Shown here: piece by piece, positions 32,183-43,964 of the stretch
Layout of the letters: each line of letters begins with the position of its first letter
Position numbering within the stretch: the first letter of the stretch is position 1
Assembly (NCBI GenBank): GCA_965226885.1
Contig: CBDDEL010000014.1
Location: forward strand, 384,001-448,000
Source: Opitutales bacterium
Lineage (GTDB): Bacteria; Verrucomicrobiota; Verrucomicrobiia; Opitutales; UBA2987
Length of the DNA: 64,000 nt
Direction of reading: 5' to 3'
Made by a program: the position numbers and the translations under genes
The notes under the pieces: generated by a model
Told to the model about the DNA's origin: nothing
What the model saw: only the letters and a program-made list of their open reading frames with translations
The model's database searches: none

Positions 32183-33451
32183 CTATCGATCGCCCAAGGC
32201 TTCCGCCTGCCGTTTGAAGCTCTTCTCGACCACTGCGGAACCAATCGAATCGCCAAAGACGTTCACCGCCGTCCTGAAACGATCTAGTAGCCAGTCGACC
32301 GACAGGATCAGCCCGATATATTCGACAGGTAATCCGACCGCGTTCAACACGATCACCATCGTGACCAGCCCGGCTTCGGGAATGCCCGCGGCTCCGATAG
32401 CCGCCATGGTAGCAGTGACGGCAATCACAAGCTGCGAGGTGATCGTGAGCTCAAACCCAATCGCCTGTGCGATGAATATGGCAGCCGCGGCCTCATAGAG
32501 GGCGGTGCCATCCATATTGATCGTGGCGCCCAAGGGAAGAACGAAATCGGAGGATTGTTTCGATACCTTGGCCTTTTCGACGGCACAATTCATCGTGATC
32601 GGCAGCGTTGCCGTTGAACTCGCAGTTGAAAAGGCCGTCAGTAGAGCCTGGGACATCTGGTACATGAAACGGACCGGGTTTCTTCGGGTGAAGATCCACA
32701 GGATCAAGGGAAGCGTTAAAAATGCATGGACCCCCAGCCCGGCAAGGACCGTTCCAAAGTACGCTCCAGTCTGTTGAAGAACCGCTCCCAGATTTCCCCC
32801 AGCCTGAGCTTCACCAAAGCGGGCAGTCACCAGGCAGAAGATTCCGAACGGGGCCAGTTTCATCAGCAACAGGATGAACGACAAGAGCGCTTCGTTGACT
32901 TGGACGATTATCTCGGTAAGCGCCTGGACTCGGGTGCCCATTGTCGTGAGCATTCCGGCAAAGATGATCGAGAAGAAAATCAGCGGTAGCAGGCTGGTCT
33001 TGGCTGCCGACTCGATCAGGTTGTCGGTAAAGAGCATCAGGACCAAGCCCCGAAGGATTGTTCCCAGGTCCGCATCTTCCCGGCCAGCAGTGCTCACCTG
33101 ACCCTCCGCGAGGCTCGCGTCCAGGGTCGTCTGGTCGACACCGACACCAGGTTGAATCAAATTCACCATGAGCAGACCCACGATCACAGCCAGGACGGTT
33201 GTCATCAGGTAATAGGTCACCGCAAAACCGCCGGGGCGGCCCAGTTTTCGAATGTCGCCGAGTCCAATGATGCCGCTCATCACGCTGGCCATCACCAGCG
33301 GAACGACCATCATCGTGAGCACGTTGAGGAATATCTTACCCCCAAGCTCGAACTGCATTGCAAATCTTGGAGCAAAAACAGCCAGGAGGATGGCCGCAAC
33401 AATCGCAACGGCGATGTACAAGGTCAGATGGCTCTTCGGTTTATCGGGCAT
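32183..33451 (-). CDS. Dicarboxylate/amino acid:cation symporter (DAACS, GltP-like)
   Basis: AFSTASSTATLP, PLGATINMDGTALY, DWLLDRFRTAVNVFGD. Confidence 0.95.
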   Translation of the reverse strand: MPDKPKSHLTLYIAVAIVAAILLAVFAPRFAMQFELGGKIFLNVLTMMVVPLVMASVMSGIIGLGDIRKLGRPGGFAVTYYLMTTVLAVIVGLLMVNLIQPGVGVDQTTLDASLAEGQVSTAGREDADLGTILRGLVLMLFTDNLIESAAKTSLLPLIFFSIIFAGMLTTMGTRVQALTEIIVQVNEALLSFILLLMKLAPFGIFCLVTARFGEAQAGGNLGAVLQQTGAYFGTVLAGLGVHAFLTLPLILWIFTRRNPVRFMYQMSQALLTAFSTASSTATLPITMNCAVEKAKVSKQSSDFVLPLGATINMDGTALYEAAAAIFIAQAIGFELTITSQLVIAVTATMAAIGAAGIPEAGLVTMVIVLNAVGLPVEYIGLILSVDWLLDRFRTAVNVFGDSIGSAVVEKSFKRQAEALGDR

Positions 33452-33755
33452 TGTGTAACCGACGATGAACCATCATTATGCTCTTGCCAAGCCTGAAAAA
33501 GCTAGCGAACGAGCATCGCTGCGTTCCGAGGACAAGAATCGGCCCTCAAAGGCCACTCAACGGCCCCGAGTGGTTCTTACTCTGGCAGCCGTGCAAACGA
33601 TCGAGGCGTGGAAGACTTGGTGGGGAAGTTGATGCAAGGTCCTCCGTTTTAGCTGTTTAAGATCTGCTGCTTCCATTGGATTTCAGGCAACTTATTGATG
33701 CAATAGTTGATATATAAAACATTACGGAATTTCCTAGTTTAAGACCTTGATCTTG

Positions 33756-35606
33756 TCACTGTACGATGGTTGGCGGGATTGTAGTGAACACTGGCCCTGT
33801 TAACTTCAATCCGATTGCGTATACCGACTGGCCTGGAGTAAGCGACATTACGTTGACTAGCCCGGATATTTCATGAAGGGTAAAGTTTGGCTCGTTATTG
33901 CTATTGGAGATGGATTTCTTTGTATTTTGAGCAGATCGTCTTGATTTTTAGGTGTTTTTCAGGGTGTAGAGACACTGCCCCCTTTCCCCCATTGGTTCGG
34001 TAGTGCCGGGGGCAGCACCAATGCACCCTTTAGGTTGGCACCAATCGGCGGGCCGCATGGTTGAAAAGACTGGCCCAAGGATAACTCTCACTTAGGTGAA
34101 AGTGAATCGTTCGGGTGTTGCGCACGATGACCGCTCCGATCTTGATTAATTTGAGCCGCAGGGTGTGGCATTGGGCCCGCGCCCACTTCGTCCCTTTTAA
34201 GGCTAACCGGCGCATGGCTTCCATCAAGGTGTAGGCCAGCGCCGACAAGAGCAATCGCCACTGATTGGCCCACCATTGATGGGCGCTGGTGCGCTCGCTG
34301 AACAATTGCATCTGTTCCTTGATTCGGTTCTCCATTTCACCGCGGCCACAGTATACCTTGTCGTAAAGCTCCTGGGGATCGCCCGGCAGGTTCGTCACCA
34401 CGAAGCGCGGGTTGGACCCCTGTGCGGTGTGTTCGGCTTTATGGATGACCAACCGCAGCCATCGCCACGAATCGGCAGCATAGACGAAGTCCTGGAATAA
34501 CCGTTGTTTTTTACCCCTTAGTTCGAACCATTCTTTGGCCTGCTTTTGCAACTGCTGGGCGTCTTGCTGCAAGCGTGCATTGCGAGCCATCCCCACGATG
34601 TAACTAACTTCGTTGCGGTCGCACCAAGAGAGTATCCGGTCTCGACAAAATCCACTGTCGGCGCGCCAAATAATCCGCGTACGGGGCCAGCTTTGGCGAA
34701 TCCGTTTAACCAGCAATTTGAGGATGGCCCCGGCATGCTTGCTGGCATCGATCTTGCTCGGCCGCAGGTAGGCCACCAGCAGCTGATCACCGCAAAAAAC
34801 ATATAGCGGCAGAAAACAGTAATGATCATAATAACCGTGGAAAAAACGTCCCTCCTGGAGCCCGTGCACCGGATTGTCGGTGGCGTCAAAGTCCAGGATG
34901 ATCTCTTCGGGTTCCTCGGCAAAGGAGCCCATGAACTGTTCGACCAACAGCTCGTTTACCGCAAAGGCCGCCCGCCGATCCTGCCCGTTTTCAAAACGAC
35001 ACAAAGTCGGCGCGCTGGCCAACGTTTCAATGCGCCCCGTTACCGTTTGCAACAATGGATCGTGGCGCAGGGTATCAAAGTCGTTCAAATCCTCATAGCC
35101 CGCCACCAGCCCGTAAACGCGCTGCCGCAGCATCCCCAAGACCTCATGGCGTACTTTGCCCTTCTGCCGTTTGTCCACTAACTGTCGGGCCGCTCGTTCG
35201 GTCAAGCCCAACTGCCGATCCACTTCCCGGATCAAAAGCAGTCCGGCATCCGAAGTAACCTCTCCGCCCTTGAAATCAACCCGCACACGGCGGCCTTTTA
35301 CCCTTGTCAACTGTAGCTTTAATTGTTTACCTTTTGTCATCGCTGATATTGCTTTAATTATTGATCTATCCTGCTGTATATCAGCAGTTAAGCATATCAA
35401 CGATACTTTTTTTACGAAATATCCGGGCTAGCCCAACATGATCCTCTGGGATCGTTCCCAGCTCATCAAGTAAGAAAGCCTTAGCTGAGTTTGCTGGAAT
35501 ATACACATCCACATTGAAAACATCCGTTGCTATTTCCCCACCAAACAACCTCACCCCAACGTCGAGCGGCTGATTTGAAGGGTTTGCCAATGCTAACAGC
35601 TCAATC
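33756..35606 (-). pseudogene. C-terminal fragment of a hypothetical beta-rich protein split by IS1380
   Basis: Removing IS1380 and one CTAG gives IELLALANPSNQ...IPEDHVG-LVNVMSLTPGQSVYAIGLKLTGPVFTTIPPTIVQ*; the 5' part is replaced by high-GC DNA. Confidence 0.6.
33861..35427 (-). mobile_element. IS1380 copy 4 (ORF 34030-35400)
   Basis: Complete IRs; CTAG duplication. Confidence 0.96.
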
Positions 35607-35609
35607 CGC

Positions 35610-36023
35610 ATGATACGAACGCTGAAGCTCTCGCTGTGGCTGCCGATTGGCGTGGTCGTTCTGTCGGTGATCCGGTTCGGCTTCGACCCGAGTTTCTCTA
35701 CCGGTTTCGTCCCTATGCTGTTCTCCCTGCCCGCGATGGTCTTCGGACTCGTCTTCGCCTGGCCCGGCGGCATCCCGCTGACGCGCGCCCTGGAGCGGCT
35801 GCATCCGGTTTCCCGGCCGGCTACATACGCGTGCGCGGCCGTACTTTGTCCACTCTCGGTGGCCGCCGCCACCATCGGCGGTCTGTTCGGACCGCCCGGC
35901 ATCTGGATCTACGCCGGGATCGTCTCGCTCCCGGCGTGGCTGGTGCTGTGGCTCCTGCAGTGGCGCGCCCGCCGTCTGGCGGCGTTGGGCGGCAGCGAGC
36001 AAGGCGAGGCAGGGCTTTCGTGA
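35610..36023 (+). CDS. Hypothetical membrane protein (about 4 TM segments)
   Basis: 137-aa hydrophobic ORF with high-GC codon usage. Confidence 0.6.
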   Translation: MIRTLKLSLWLPIGVVVLSVIRFGFDPSFSTGFVPMLFSLPAMVFGLVFAWPGGIPLTRALERLHPVSRPATYACAAVLCPLSVAAATIGGLFGPPGIWIYAGIVSLPAWLVLWLLQWRARRLAALGGSEQGEAGLS

Positions 36024-36089
36024 TATAGGCCCCGATCCATGCAACAACGCTCTGTTAGTTGAGTTGCGACCGATCCTGCATATCCATCT

Positions 36090-36670
36090 GGACCCCTGGG
36101 GACCGGCGCAATCCCGTGCCGCCGCGCTTCGGCGCAAGTGATGCGCCCGTTACAGTTGTCGTCCCACTGCGCCAGGGCATCAACGACGGCCGGCTGCGGT
36201 ATCGCGGGGGACACGGGCGGCGCTGACAAGGGGCGCGGGGAATGCCGGACCATGTTGGTGGAAGGGCAGCCGGTCAGAATCCTCTCGACCGCGGCGGCTT
36301 CTGCCCGGTCTATGGTCAGGCGGTACTTACGGCGGACAGCTAGAGTTCGTGCAGCAAACCAGCAAGTGTTCACTGCGGGGGTCCACTCGGCTACGTCCTT
36401 GCCGATCTTCTGGTAGCGGTTGAGACGGGGATGCGCCAGCGTGAGGTTCAGGAGGTCGCGGGCAAAGGCGGCTTTGACGCCGGCGCTTGCTGCGCACAGG
36501 CCGCTGTCGTGGGCTTCGGAGCGGGCGACGATGTGCTCGATGTCCGTGTCGCGCGGGTGCTGCGGAAGTAGGTGCCGGTGTACGGGCCGTAGATCGCCCC
36601 GCCGAGTTCGGCCACGATCCGGGCTTCCACGGACTGTGGATAGGGATAGTCATCGGGGCTGTAGGGGGAG
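36090..36670 (-). pseudogene. DUF1524/HNH-type nuclease with excalibur Ca-binding tail; truncated and frameshifted
   Basis: DYPYPQSVE...GPYTG (frameshift) DTDIEHIVARSEAHDSG...NLTLA..LNRYQK..KDVAEW...WDDNCNGRITCAEARRHGIAPV; N-terminus removed by IS3; the final DGDG motif is missing. Confidence 0.75.
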
Positions 36671-36744
36671 TGATGTGCACTGGAAAAAGTGGACACGAGA
36701 TTCTCCTAAATGGAGAATCGAAGCATGGGAAGAAGACGCTTTAG

Positions 36745-39700
36745 CCCGGATATTTCGTAAAAAAAGTATCGTTGATATGCTTAACTGCTGATATACAGCA
36801 GGATAGATCAATAATTAAAGCAATATCAGCGATGACAAAAGGTAAACAATTAAAGCTACAGTTGACAAGGGTAAAAGGCCGCCGTGTGCGGGTTGATTTC
36901 AAGGGCGGAGAGGTTACTTCGGATGCCGGACTGCTTTTGATCCGGGAAGTGGATCGGCAGTTGGGCTTGACCGAACGAGCGGCCCGACAGTTAGTGGACA
37001 AACGGCAGAAGGGCAAAGTACGCCATGAGGTCTTGGGGATGCTGCGGCAGCGCGTTTACGGGCTGGTGGCGGGCTATGAGGATTTGAACGACTTTGATAC
37101 CCTGCGCCACGATCCATTGTTGCAAACGGTAACGGGGCGCATTGAAACGTTGGCCAGCGCGCCGACTTTGTGTCGTTTTGAAAACGGGCAGGATCGGCGG
37201 GCGGCCTTTGCGGTAAACGAGCTGTTGGTCGAACAGTTCATGGGCTCCTTTGCCGAGGAACCCGAAGAGATCATCCTGGACTTTGACGCCACCGACAATC
37301 CGGTGCACGGGCTCCAGGAGGGACGTTTTTTCCACGGTTATTATGATCATTACTGTTTTCTGCCGCTATATGTTTTTTGCGGTGATCAGCTGCTGGTGGC
37401 CTACCTGCGGCCGAGCAAGATCGATGCCAGCAAGCATGCCGGGGCCATCCTCAAATTGCTGGTTAAACGGATTCGCCAAAGCTGGCCCCGTACGCGGATT
37501 ATTTGGCGCGCCGACAGTGGATTTTGTCGAGACCGGATACTCTCTTGGTGCGACCGCAACGAAGTTAGTTACATCGTGGGGATGGCTCGCAATGCACGCT
37601 TGCAGCAAGACGCCCAGCAGTTGCAAAAGCAGGCCAAAGAATGGTTCGAACTAAGGGGTAAAAAACAACGGTTATTCCAGGACTTCGTCTATGCTGCCGA
37701 TTCGTGGCGATGGCTGCGGTTGGTCATCCATAAAGCCGAACACACCGCACAGGGGTCCAACCCGCGCTTCGTGGTGACGAACCTGCCGGGCGATCCCCAG
37801 GAGCTTTACGACAAGGTATACTGTGGCCGCGGTGAAATGGAGAACCAAATCAAGGAACAGATGCAATTGTTCAGCGAGCGCACCAGCGCCCATCAATGGT
37901 GGGCCAATCAGTGGCGATTGCTCTTGTCGGCGCTGGCCTACACCTTGATGGAAGCCATGCGCCGGTTAGCCTTAAAAGGGACGAAGTGGGCGCGGGCCCA
38001 ATGCCACACCCTGCGGCTCAAATTAATCAAGATCGGAGCGGTCATCGTGCGCAACACCCGAACGATTCACTTTCACCTAAGTGAGAGTTATCCTTGGGCC
38101 AGTCTTTTCAACCATGCGGCCCGCCGATTGGTGCCAACCTAACCCGGATATTTCGTAAAAAAAGTATCGTTGATATGCTTAACTGCTGATATACAGCAGG
38201 ATAGATCAATAATTAAAGCAATATCAGCGATGACAAAAGGTAAACAATTAAAGCTACAGTTGACAAGGGTAAAAGGCCGCCGTGTGCGGGTTGATTTCAA
38301 GGGCGGAGAGGTTACTTCGGATGCCGGACTGCTTTTGATCCGGGAAGTGGATCGGCAGTTGGGCTTGACCGAACGAGCGGCCCGACAGTTAGTGGACAAA
38401 CGGCAGAAGGGCAAAGTACGCCATGAGGTATTGGGGATGCTGCGGCAGCGCGTTTACGGGCTGGTGGCGGGCTATGAGGATTTAAACGACTTTGATACCC
38501 TGCGCCACGATCCATTGTTGCAAACGGTAACGGGGCGCATTGAAACGTTGGCCAGCGCGCCGACTTTGTGTCGTTTTGAAAACGGGCAGGATCGGCGGGC
38601 GGCCTTTGCGGTAAACGAGCTGTTGGTCGAACAGTTCATGGGCTCCTTTGCCGAGGAACCCGAAGAGATCATCCTGGACTTTGACGCCACCGACAATCCG
38701 GTGCACGGGCTCCAGGAGGGACGTTTTTTCCACGGTTATTATGATCATTACTGTTTTCTGCCGCTATATGTTTTTTGCGGTGATCAGCTGCTGGTGGCCT
38801 ACCTGCGGCCGAGCAAGATCGATGCCAGCAAGCATGCCGGGGCCATCCTCAAATTGCTGGTTAAACGGATTCGCCAAAGCTGGCCCCGTACGCGGATTAT
38901 TTGGCGCGCCGACAGTGGATTTTGTCGAGACCGGATACTCTCTTGGTGCGACCGCAACGAAGTTAGTTACATCGTGGGGATGGCTCGCAATGCACGCTTG
39001 CAGCAAGACGCCCAGCAGTTGCAAAAGCAGGCCAAAGAATGGTTCGAACTAAGGGGTAAAAAACAACGGTTATTCCAGGACTTCGTCTATGCTGCCGATT
39101 CGTGGCGATGGCTGCGGTTGGTCATCCATAAAGCCGAACACACCGCACAGGGGTCCAACCCGCGCTTCGTGGTGACGAACCTGCCGGGCGATCCCCAGGA
39201 GCTTTACGACAAGGTATACTGTGGCCGCGGTGAAATGGAGAACCGAATCAAGGAACAGATGCAATTGTTCAGCGAGCGCACCAGCGCCCATCAATGGTGG
39301 GCCAATCAGTGGCGATTGCTCTTGTCGGCGCTGGCCTACACCTTGATGGAAGCCATGCGCCGGTTAGCCTTAAAAGGGACGAAGTGGGCGCGGGCCCAAT
39401 GCCACACCCTGCGGCTCAAATTAATCAAGATCGGAGCGGTCATCGTGCGCAACACCCGAACGATTCACTTTCACCTAAGTGAGAGTTATCCTTGGGCCAG
39501 TCTTTTCAACCATGCGGCCCGCCGATTGGTGCCAACCTAAAGGGTGCATTGGTGCTGCCCCCGGCACTACCGAACCAATGGGGGAAAGGGGGCAGTGTCT
39601 CTACACCCTGAAAAACACCTAAAAATCAAGACGATCTGCTCAAAATACAAAGAAATCCATCTCCAATAGCAATAACGAGCCAAACTTTACCCTTCATGAA

Positions 39701-39882
39701 ATATCCGGGCTAAAGGGTGCATTGGTGCTGCCCCCGGCACTACCGAACCAATGGGGGAAAGGGGGCAGTGTCTCTACACCCTGAAAAACACCTAAAAATC
39801 AAGACGATCTGCTCAAAATACAAAGAAATCCATCTCCAATAGCAATAACGAGCCAAACTTTACCCTTCATGAAATATCCGGG
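36745..39882 (+). mobile_element. IS1380 copy 5 (outer; ORF 36772-38142)
   Basis: TTAG duplication at 36741-36744 and 39883-39886; its 3' tail is displaced to 39714-39882. Confidence 0.94.
38143..39709 (+). mobile_element. IS1380 copy 6 inserted at the stop codon of copy 5 (ORF 38170-39540)
   Basis: CTAA duplication at 38139-38142 and 39710-39713. Confidence 0.94.
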
Positions 39883-40993
39883 TTAGTATAGAGTTCAAAA
39901 ATGAGGCAGTTCAACTGATGATACTCGATGGTCTGAGCGCCACCGAGGTATCGACCAAACTTGGGGTCAACACCAACCAATTGTATAGGTGGAAGAGGCT
40001 CTATCTGGACGATCAGCAGGGCGAAGCCACCTCAAAGCGACAGAGCAGTCCGAAGGAGATGGCGGCCGAGATAGATCGTCTTCGCAAAGAGCTGCGCCGC
40101 TCGGAGCGGATCAACCAGATACTAAAAAAAACGGTGGGCTACTTTGCCAAGGACGAACAATGAAGTACCAGTTTGTCAAAGACAACGAGGGGCGCTTCAA
40201 GATCGAGGAAATATGCTCGGCGATGGGGATTTGTCGCAGTGGCTATTACTGCTGGAGGCACCGAGCGCCCTCGGCCCGGCGGATCGAGGACGAGGGAATC
40301 AAGGGGGCGATCCTGAAGGTACACAAAGAGGCCAAGGGCCGCTATGGGCATCGGCCAATGCACCGCCATCTGAAGGATGATGAGGGCATCGATTGCGGCC
40401 GTGACCGGGCTCTGCGTCTGATGCGTGAAATGGGAATCAAAAGCACCCAGAGTAAACGCTTTAAGCCATTAAAAACCAACAGTAACCATCCCTATGGTTA
40501 CAGCCCCAATGTGCTTAAAAAGCATGGCCAGCCGACCCATATCGACGAGGTCTGGGTGGCGGACACGACCTACCTACGGACCCTGGCCGGTTGGATGTAC
40601 TTGGCCACGGTGATGGACCTGTTCAGCCGACGCCTGCTGGGCTGGAGCGTTTCCAACCACAACGACGCGAAGCTGGTTGGCAAGGCCCTCAAAGCCGCGG
40701 CCATGGAATCGTTCTACGGCCGCTTCAAGACCAGCACGATTCGAGGCCGCCACTTTGCCGACGAGCGCGAACTGCGATCAACTGTCTTCGAATACGTGGA
40801 AATCTTCTACAACCGATATCGCAAACATTCCTCTCTGAGTTACCAAAGCCCAGTCCAATTCGAGGAAAATATTTGCCCCCCATGGGGGGCAACGAGAAAA
40901 CAAAACCCTTTACCAAAACAAGCCGCCTGACACACTAATCAATAAACAATGAATATAAGAGAATCCCGTGTCCAACAAATCCAGTACACGTCA

Positions 40994-42432
40994 CCATTGG
41001 TTCGGTAGTGCCGGGGGCAGCACCAATGCACCCTTTAGGTTGGCACCAATCGGCGGGCCGCATGGTTGAAAAGACTGGCCCAAGGATAACTCTCACTTAG
41101 GTGAAAGTGAATCGTTCGGGTGTTGCGCACGATGACCGCTCCGATCTTGATTAATTTGAGCCGCAGGGTGTGGCATTGGGCCCGCGCCCACTTCGTCCCT
41201 TTTAAGGCTAACCGGCGCATGGCTTCCATCAAGGTGTAGGCCAGCGCCGACAAGAGCAATCGCCACTGATTGGCCCACCATTGATGGGCGCTGGTGCGCT
41301 CGCTGAACAATTGCATCTGTTCCTTGATTCGGTTCTCCATTTCACCGCGGCCACAGTATACCTTGTCGTAAAGCTCCTGGGGATCGCCCGGCAGGTTCGT
41401 CACCACGAAGCGCGGGTTGGACCCCTGTGCGGTGTGTTCGGCTTTATGGATGACCAACCGCAGCCATCGCCACGAATCGGCAGCATAGACGAAGTCCTGG
41501 AATAACCGTTGTTTTTTACCCCTTAGTTCGAACCATTCTTTGGCCTGCTTTTGCAACTGCTGGGCATCTTGCTGCAAGCGTGCATTGCGAGCCATCCCCA
41601 CGATGTAACTAACTTCGTTGCGGTCGCACCAAGAGAGTATCCGGTCTCGACAAAATCCACTGTCGGCGCGCCAAATAATCCGCGTACGGGGCCAGCTTTG
41701 GCGAATCCGTTTAACCAGCAATTTGAGGATGGCCCCGGCATGCTTGCTGGCATCGATCTTGCTCGGCCGCAGGTAGGCCACCAGCAGCTGATCACCGCAA
41801 AAAACATATAGCGGCAGAAAACAGTAATGATCATAATAACCGTGGAAAAAACGTCCCTCCTGGAGCCCGTGCACCGGATTGTCGGTGGCGTCAAAGTCCA
41901 GGATGATCTCTTCGGGTTCCTCGGCAAAGGAGCCCATGAACTGTTCGACCAACAGCTCGTTTACCGCAAAGGCCGCCCGCCGATCCTGCCCGTTTTCAAA
42001 ACGACACAAAGTCGGCGCGCTGGCCAACGTTTCAATGCGCCCCGTTACCGTTTGCAACAATGGATCGTGGCGCAGGGTATCAAAGTCGTTCAAATCCTCA
42101 TAGCCCGCCACCAGCCCGTAAACGCGCTGCCGCAGCATCCCCAATACCTCATGGCGTACTTTGCCCTTCTGCCGTTTGTCCACTAACTGTCGGGCCGCTC
42201 GTTCGGTCAAGCCCAACTGCCGATCCACTTCCCGGATCAAAAGCAGTCCGGCATCCGAAGTAACCTCTCCGCCCTTGAAATCAACCCGCACACGGCGCCC
42301 TTTTACCCTTGTCAACTGTAGCTTTAATTGTTTACCTTTTGTCATCGCTGATATTGCTTTAATTATTGATCTATCCTGCTGTATATCAGCAGTTAAGCAT
42401 ATCAACGATACTTTTTTTACGAAATATCCGGG
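40994..42432 (-). mobile_element. IS1380 copy 7 (3' end truncated by IS3; ORF 41035-42405)
   Basis: Left IR followed by CTAA; the 3' tail is cut at the IS3 terminus. Confidence 0.94.
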
Positions 42433-42440
42433 CTAAGCTT

Positions 42441-42489
42441 TTCCTTAGTTGTCCTAAGGAATCGGACCGATGTTCCTTAGTTGTCCTAA
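42441..42489. repeat. Iteron-like 17-bp direct repeats at the 3' end of rep
   Basis: TTCCTTAGTTGTCCTAA at 42441-42457 and 42473-42489 (32-bp spacing). Confidence 0.6.
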
Positions 42490-43646
42490 CCCTGCTCGAG
42501 CTCATAAAGAATGCGATAGATGAGGCGCCCTGTTGGATTACTGCCGGGGTTTCCTTCCAGGGCATCGCCCTTGGCTTCTGAGAGGATTTGCTCGAATCGC
42601 GGACCTAAAAGTGCATGGGCCATCTGGAGGAACTTCTCGGTTTTCTCCAACTTTACCCCTGCCCGTTCCAGAAGTTCGCGGTGGTAGTATTCGAGCGCCC
42701 TGGCCTTCTTCAGGCGCTCCTGAAAAGAAGCCTGAGAGCGTCCGCCTTTTGTCCAGCCCTCCAGCATCTTGGATTTTTTGGGCGGGGCGATTGTCTTGGG
42801 AGCGCTACCCTTCTCCACCCAGAAGATCAGTTTGAAGTCCGAACCGTCGCGGGTTTCAAGCAAATCGGCGCGCAAGATTCCATCGATGATCTCCGCGCCG
42901 TTGAGTTGAGAAAGGATCGAATTCTTGTTCTGGGTGAAGACTTGCTTACGCTTGCTTTTGGCGGCCGGAACCGGCGCGCCAATCTGCTCAAGGATCGTAG
43001 CAAGCTTGATCGAAAACGGCTCGGATTTTGTGTGGTGAACGGCGCGGCTCGGAATGTAAGTGTAAATGGCCTGAGCCTTGGGACTGCGTAAGGAGGTCAA
43101 GACATCAAGGCAGATGCGAGCTAACTCCTCCCACCGCTTTAAGAGTCCGAAGAATTCGGGGCTTAAGGTCACGCGGTCGAGCCACATTTCATGCTGCATG
43201 GATAGCGCTTTGAGTGCATCACGCCGCCTGGCGGCCTTTTGATGAATTTTGATGTCTCCAAGAATCTGGAAGTATTCGACCTTGCCCCCGTCGATTTCTC
43301 TGGCCACCCAGGTTTCCTGAAGATCGAAAAGGATATTCAGGATATCGCGCGCGTAGCGGCCGCCCTGACTGGAAGCGTAGCGGCGGCAAAATTCATTCAT
43401 GGAAAAGAAAATCTCTCTTCCGTTCTGCAAGCGTTCGCGGAAAGAGAGCAGCGTAAAGCATGCCCTGCCGTGGCGCATATCCAGCGCCGGAGAGGATCGG
43501 CGCTTAGTCGGGTGCTCAAGGCCGATCACCCATCGTTTGCCATCCACGACGATCTCGCGCCCCTGGGATTGTTTCACAGCCGCAAAGAAGGGCGCGACAA
43601 TCATCTCGCGCGGCACAAGGGGTGTGATGGGCTCCAGCTTAGGCAC
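42486..43646 (-). CDS. Putative plasmid replication initiator (winged-helix RepA/TrfA-like)
   Basis: FSMNEFCRRY...GGRYARDILNILFDLQET resembles Rep initiators; lies downstream of parA and an RHH gene and next to direct repeats. Confidence 0.62.
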   Translation of the reverse strand: MPKLEPITPLVPREMIVAPFFAAVKQSQGREIVVDGKRWVIGLEHPTKRRSSPALDMRHGRACFTLLSFRERLQNGREIFFSMNEFCRRYASSQGGRYARDILNILFDLQETWVAREIDGGKVEYFQILGDIKIHQKAARRRDALKALSMQHEMWLDRVTLSPEFFGLLKRWEELARICLDVLTSLRSPKAQAIYTYIPSRAVHHTKSEPFSIKLATILEQIGAPVPAAKSKRKQVFTQNKNSILSQLNGAEIIDGILRADLLETRDGSDFKLIFWVEKGSAPKTIAPPKKSKMLEGWTKGGRSQASFQERLKKARALEYYHRELLERAGVKLEKTEKFLQMAHALLGPRFEQILSEAKGDALEGNPGSNPTGRLIYRILYELEQG

Positions 43647-43676
43647 GTCGCTTCCCCTTCCCCTTAGATCGTCTAA

Positions 43677-43708
43677 TGATGGTAAGATGGCATGAAGTCA
43701 TGTCTACA
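43677..43708. promoter_or_regulatory. 8-bp periodic repeat array (candidate RHH operator/centromere); second array at 43985-44016
   Basis: TGATGGTA AGATGGCA TGAAGTCA TGTCTACA here; TGATGGCT TGATGGCA TGAATGCA AGATTGCA at 43985-44016. Confidence 0.5.
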
Positions 43709-43964
43709 AGTCAATCTGGTATTTCGTAAAGAGATCATGCATGGCCTCCTGGAGCAGCATTTCGACGGTGCGCCCTTCTCTGGCAGCCAGCATCTTGATG
43801 GTCTGACGGTAGGCCGGGTCAAAGAAGCCTTGGATCTGCTTCTTCCCTGTCCGGCTTTTGGACGTTCCGGCCCGGTGATGCTCTAGTACGTCAACGGGGT
43901 TATGGGTCTCCTCGGCCGCGGCCCCTAAGCTTTCAAGATTAAGCGCCGATCTTTTTGTTTTCAT
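43704..43964 (-). CDS. Ribbon-helix-helix partition protein (ParG/type Ib-like)
   Basis: 86 aa; flexible N-terminus then SRTGKKQIQGFFDPAYRQTIKMLAAREGRTVEMLLQEAMHDLFTKY; overlaps the parA 3' end. Confidence 0.78.
   Translation of the reverse strand: MKTKRSALNLESLGAAAEETHNPVDVLEHHRAGTSKSRTGKKQIQGFFDPAYRQTIKMLAAREGRTVEMLLQEAMHDLFTKYQIDL

Larger units (their letters stand above)
36671..40993 (+). mobile_element. IS3 type B copy 3, with two nested IS1380 in orfA and a 147-bp deletion in orfB
   Basis: Both ends present; orfA resumes after 39886; orfB reads KAAAM-ESF, so the HHSDRG segment is lost. Confidence 0.92.

Noticed and set aside
24029..42436. Many recurring short ORFs inside IS1380, IS1, IS3 and IS21 copies
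   Set aside because: Alternate-frame or antisense ORFs that recur only because the elements are near-identical.
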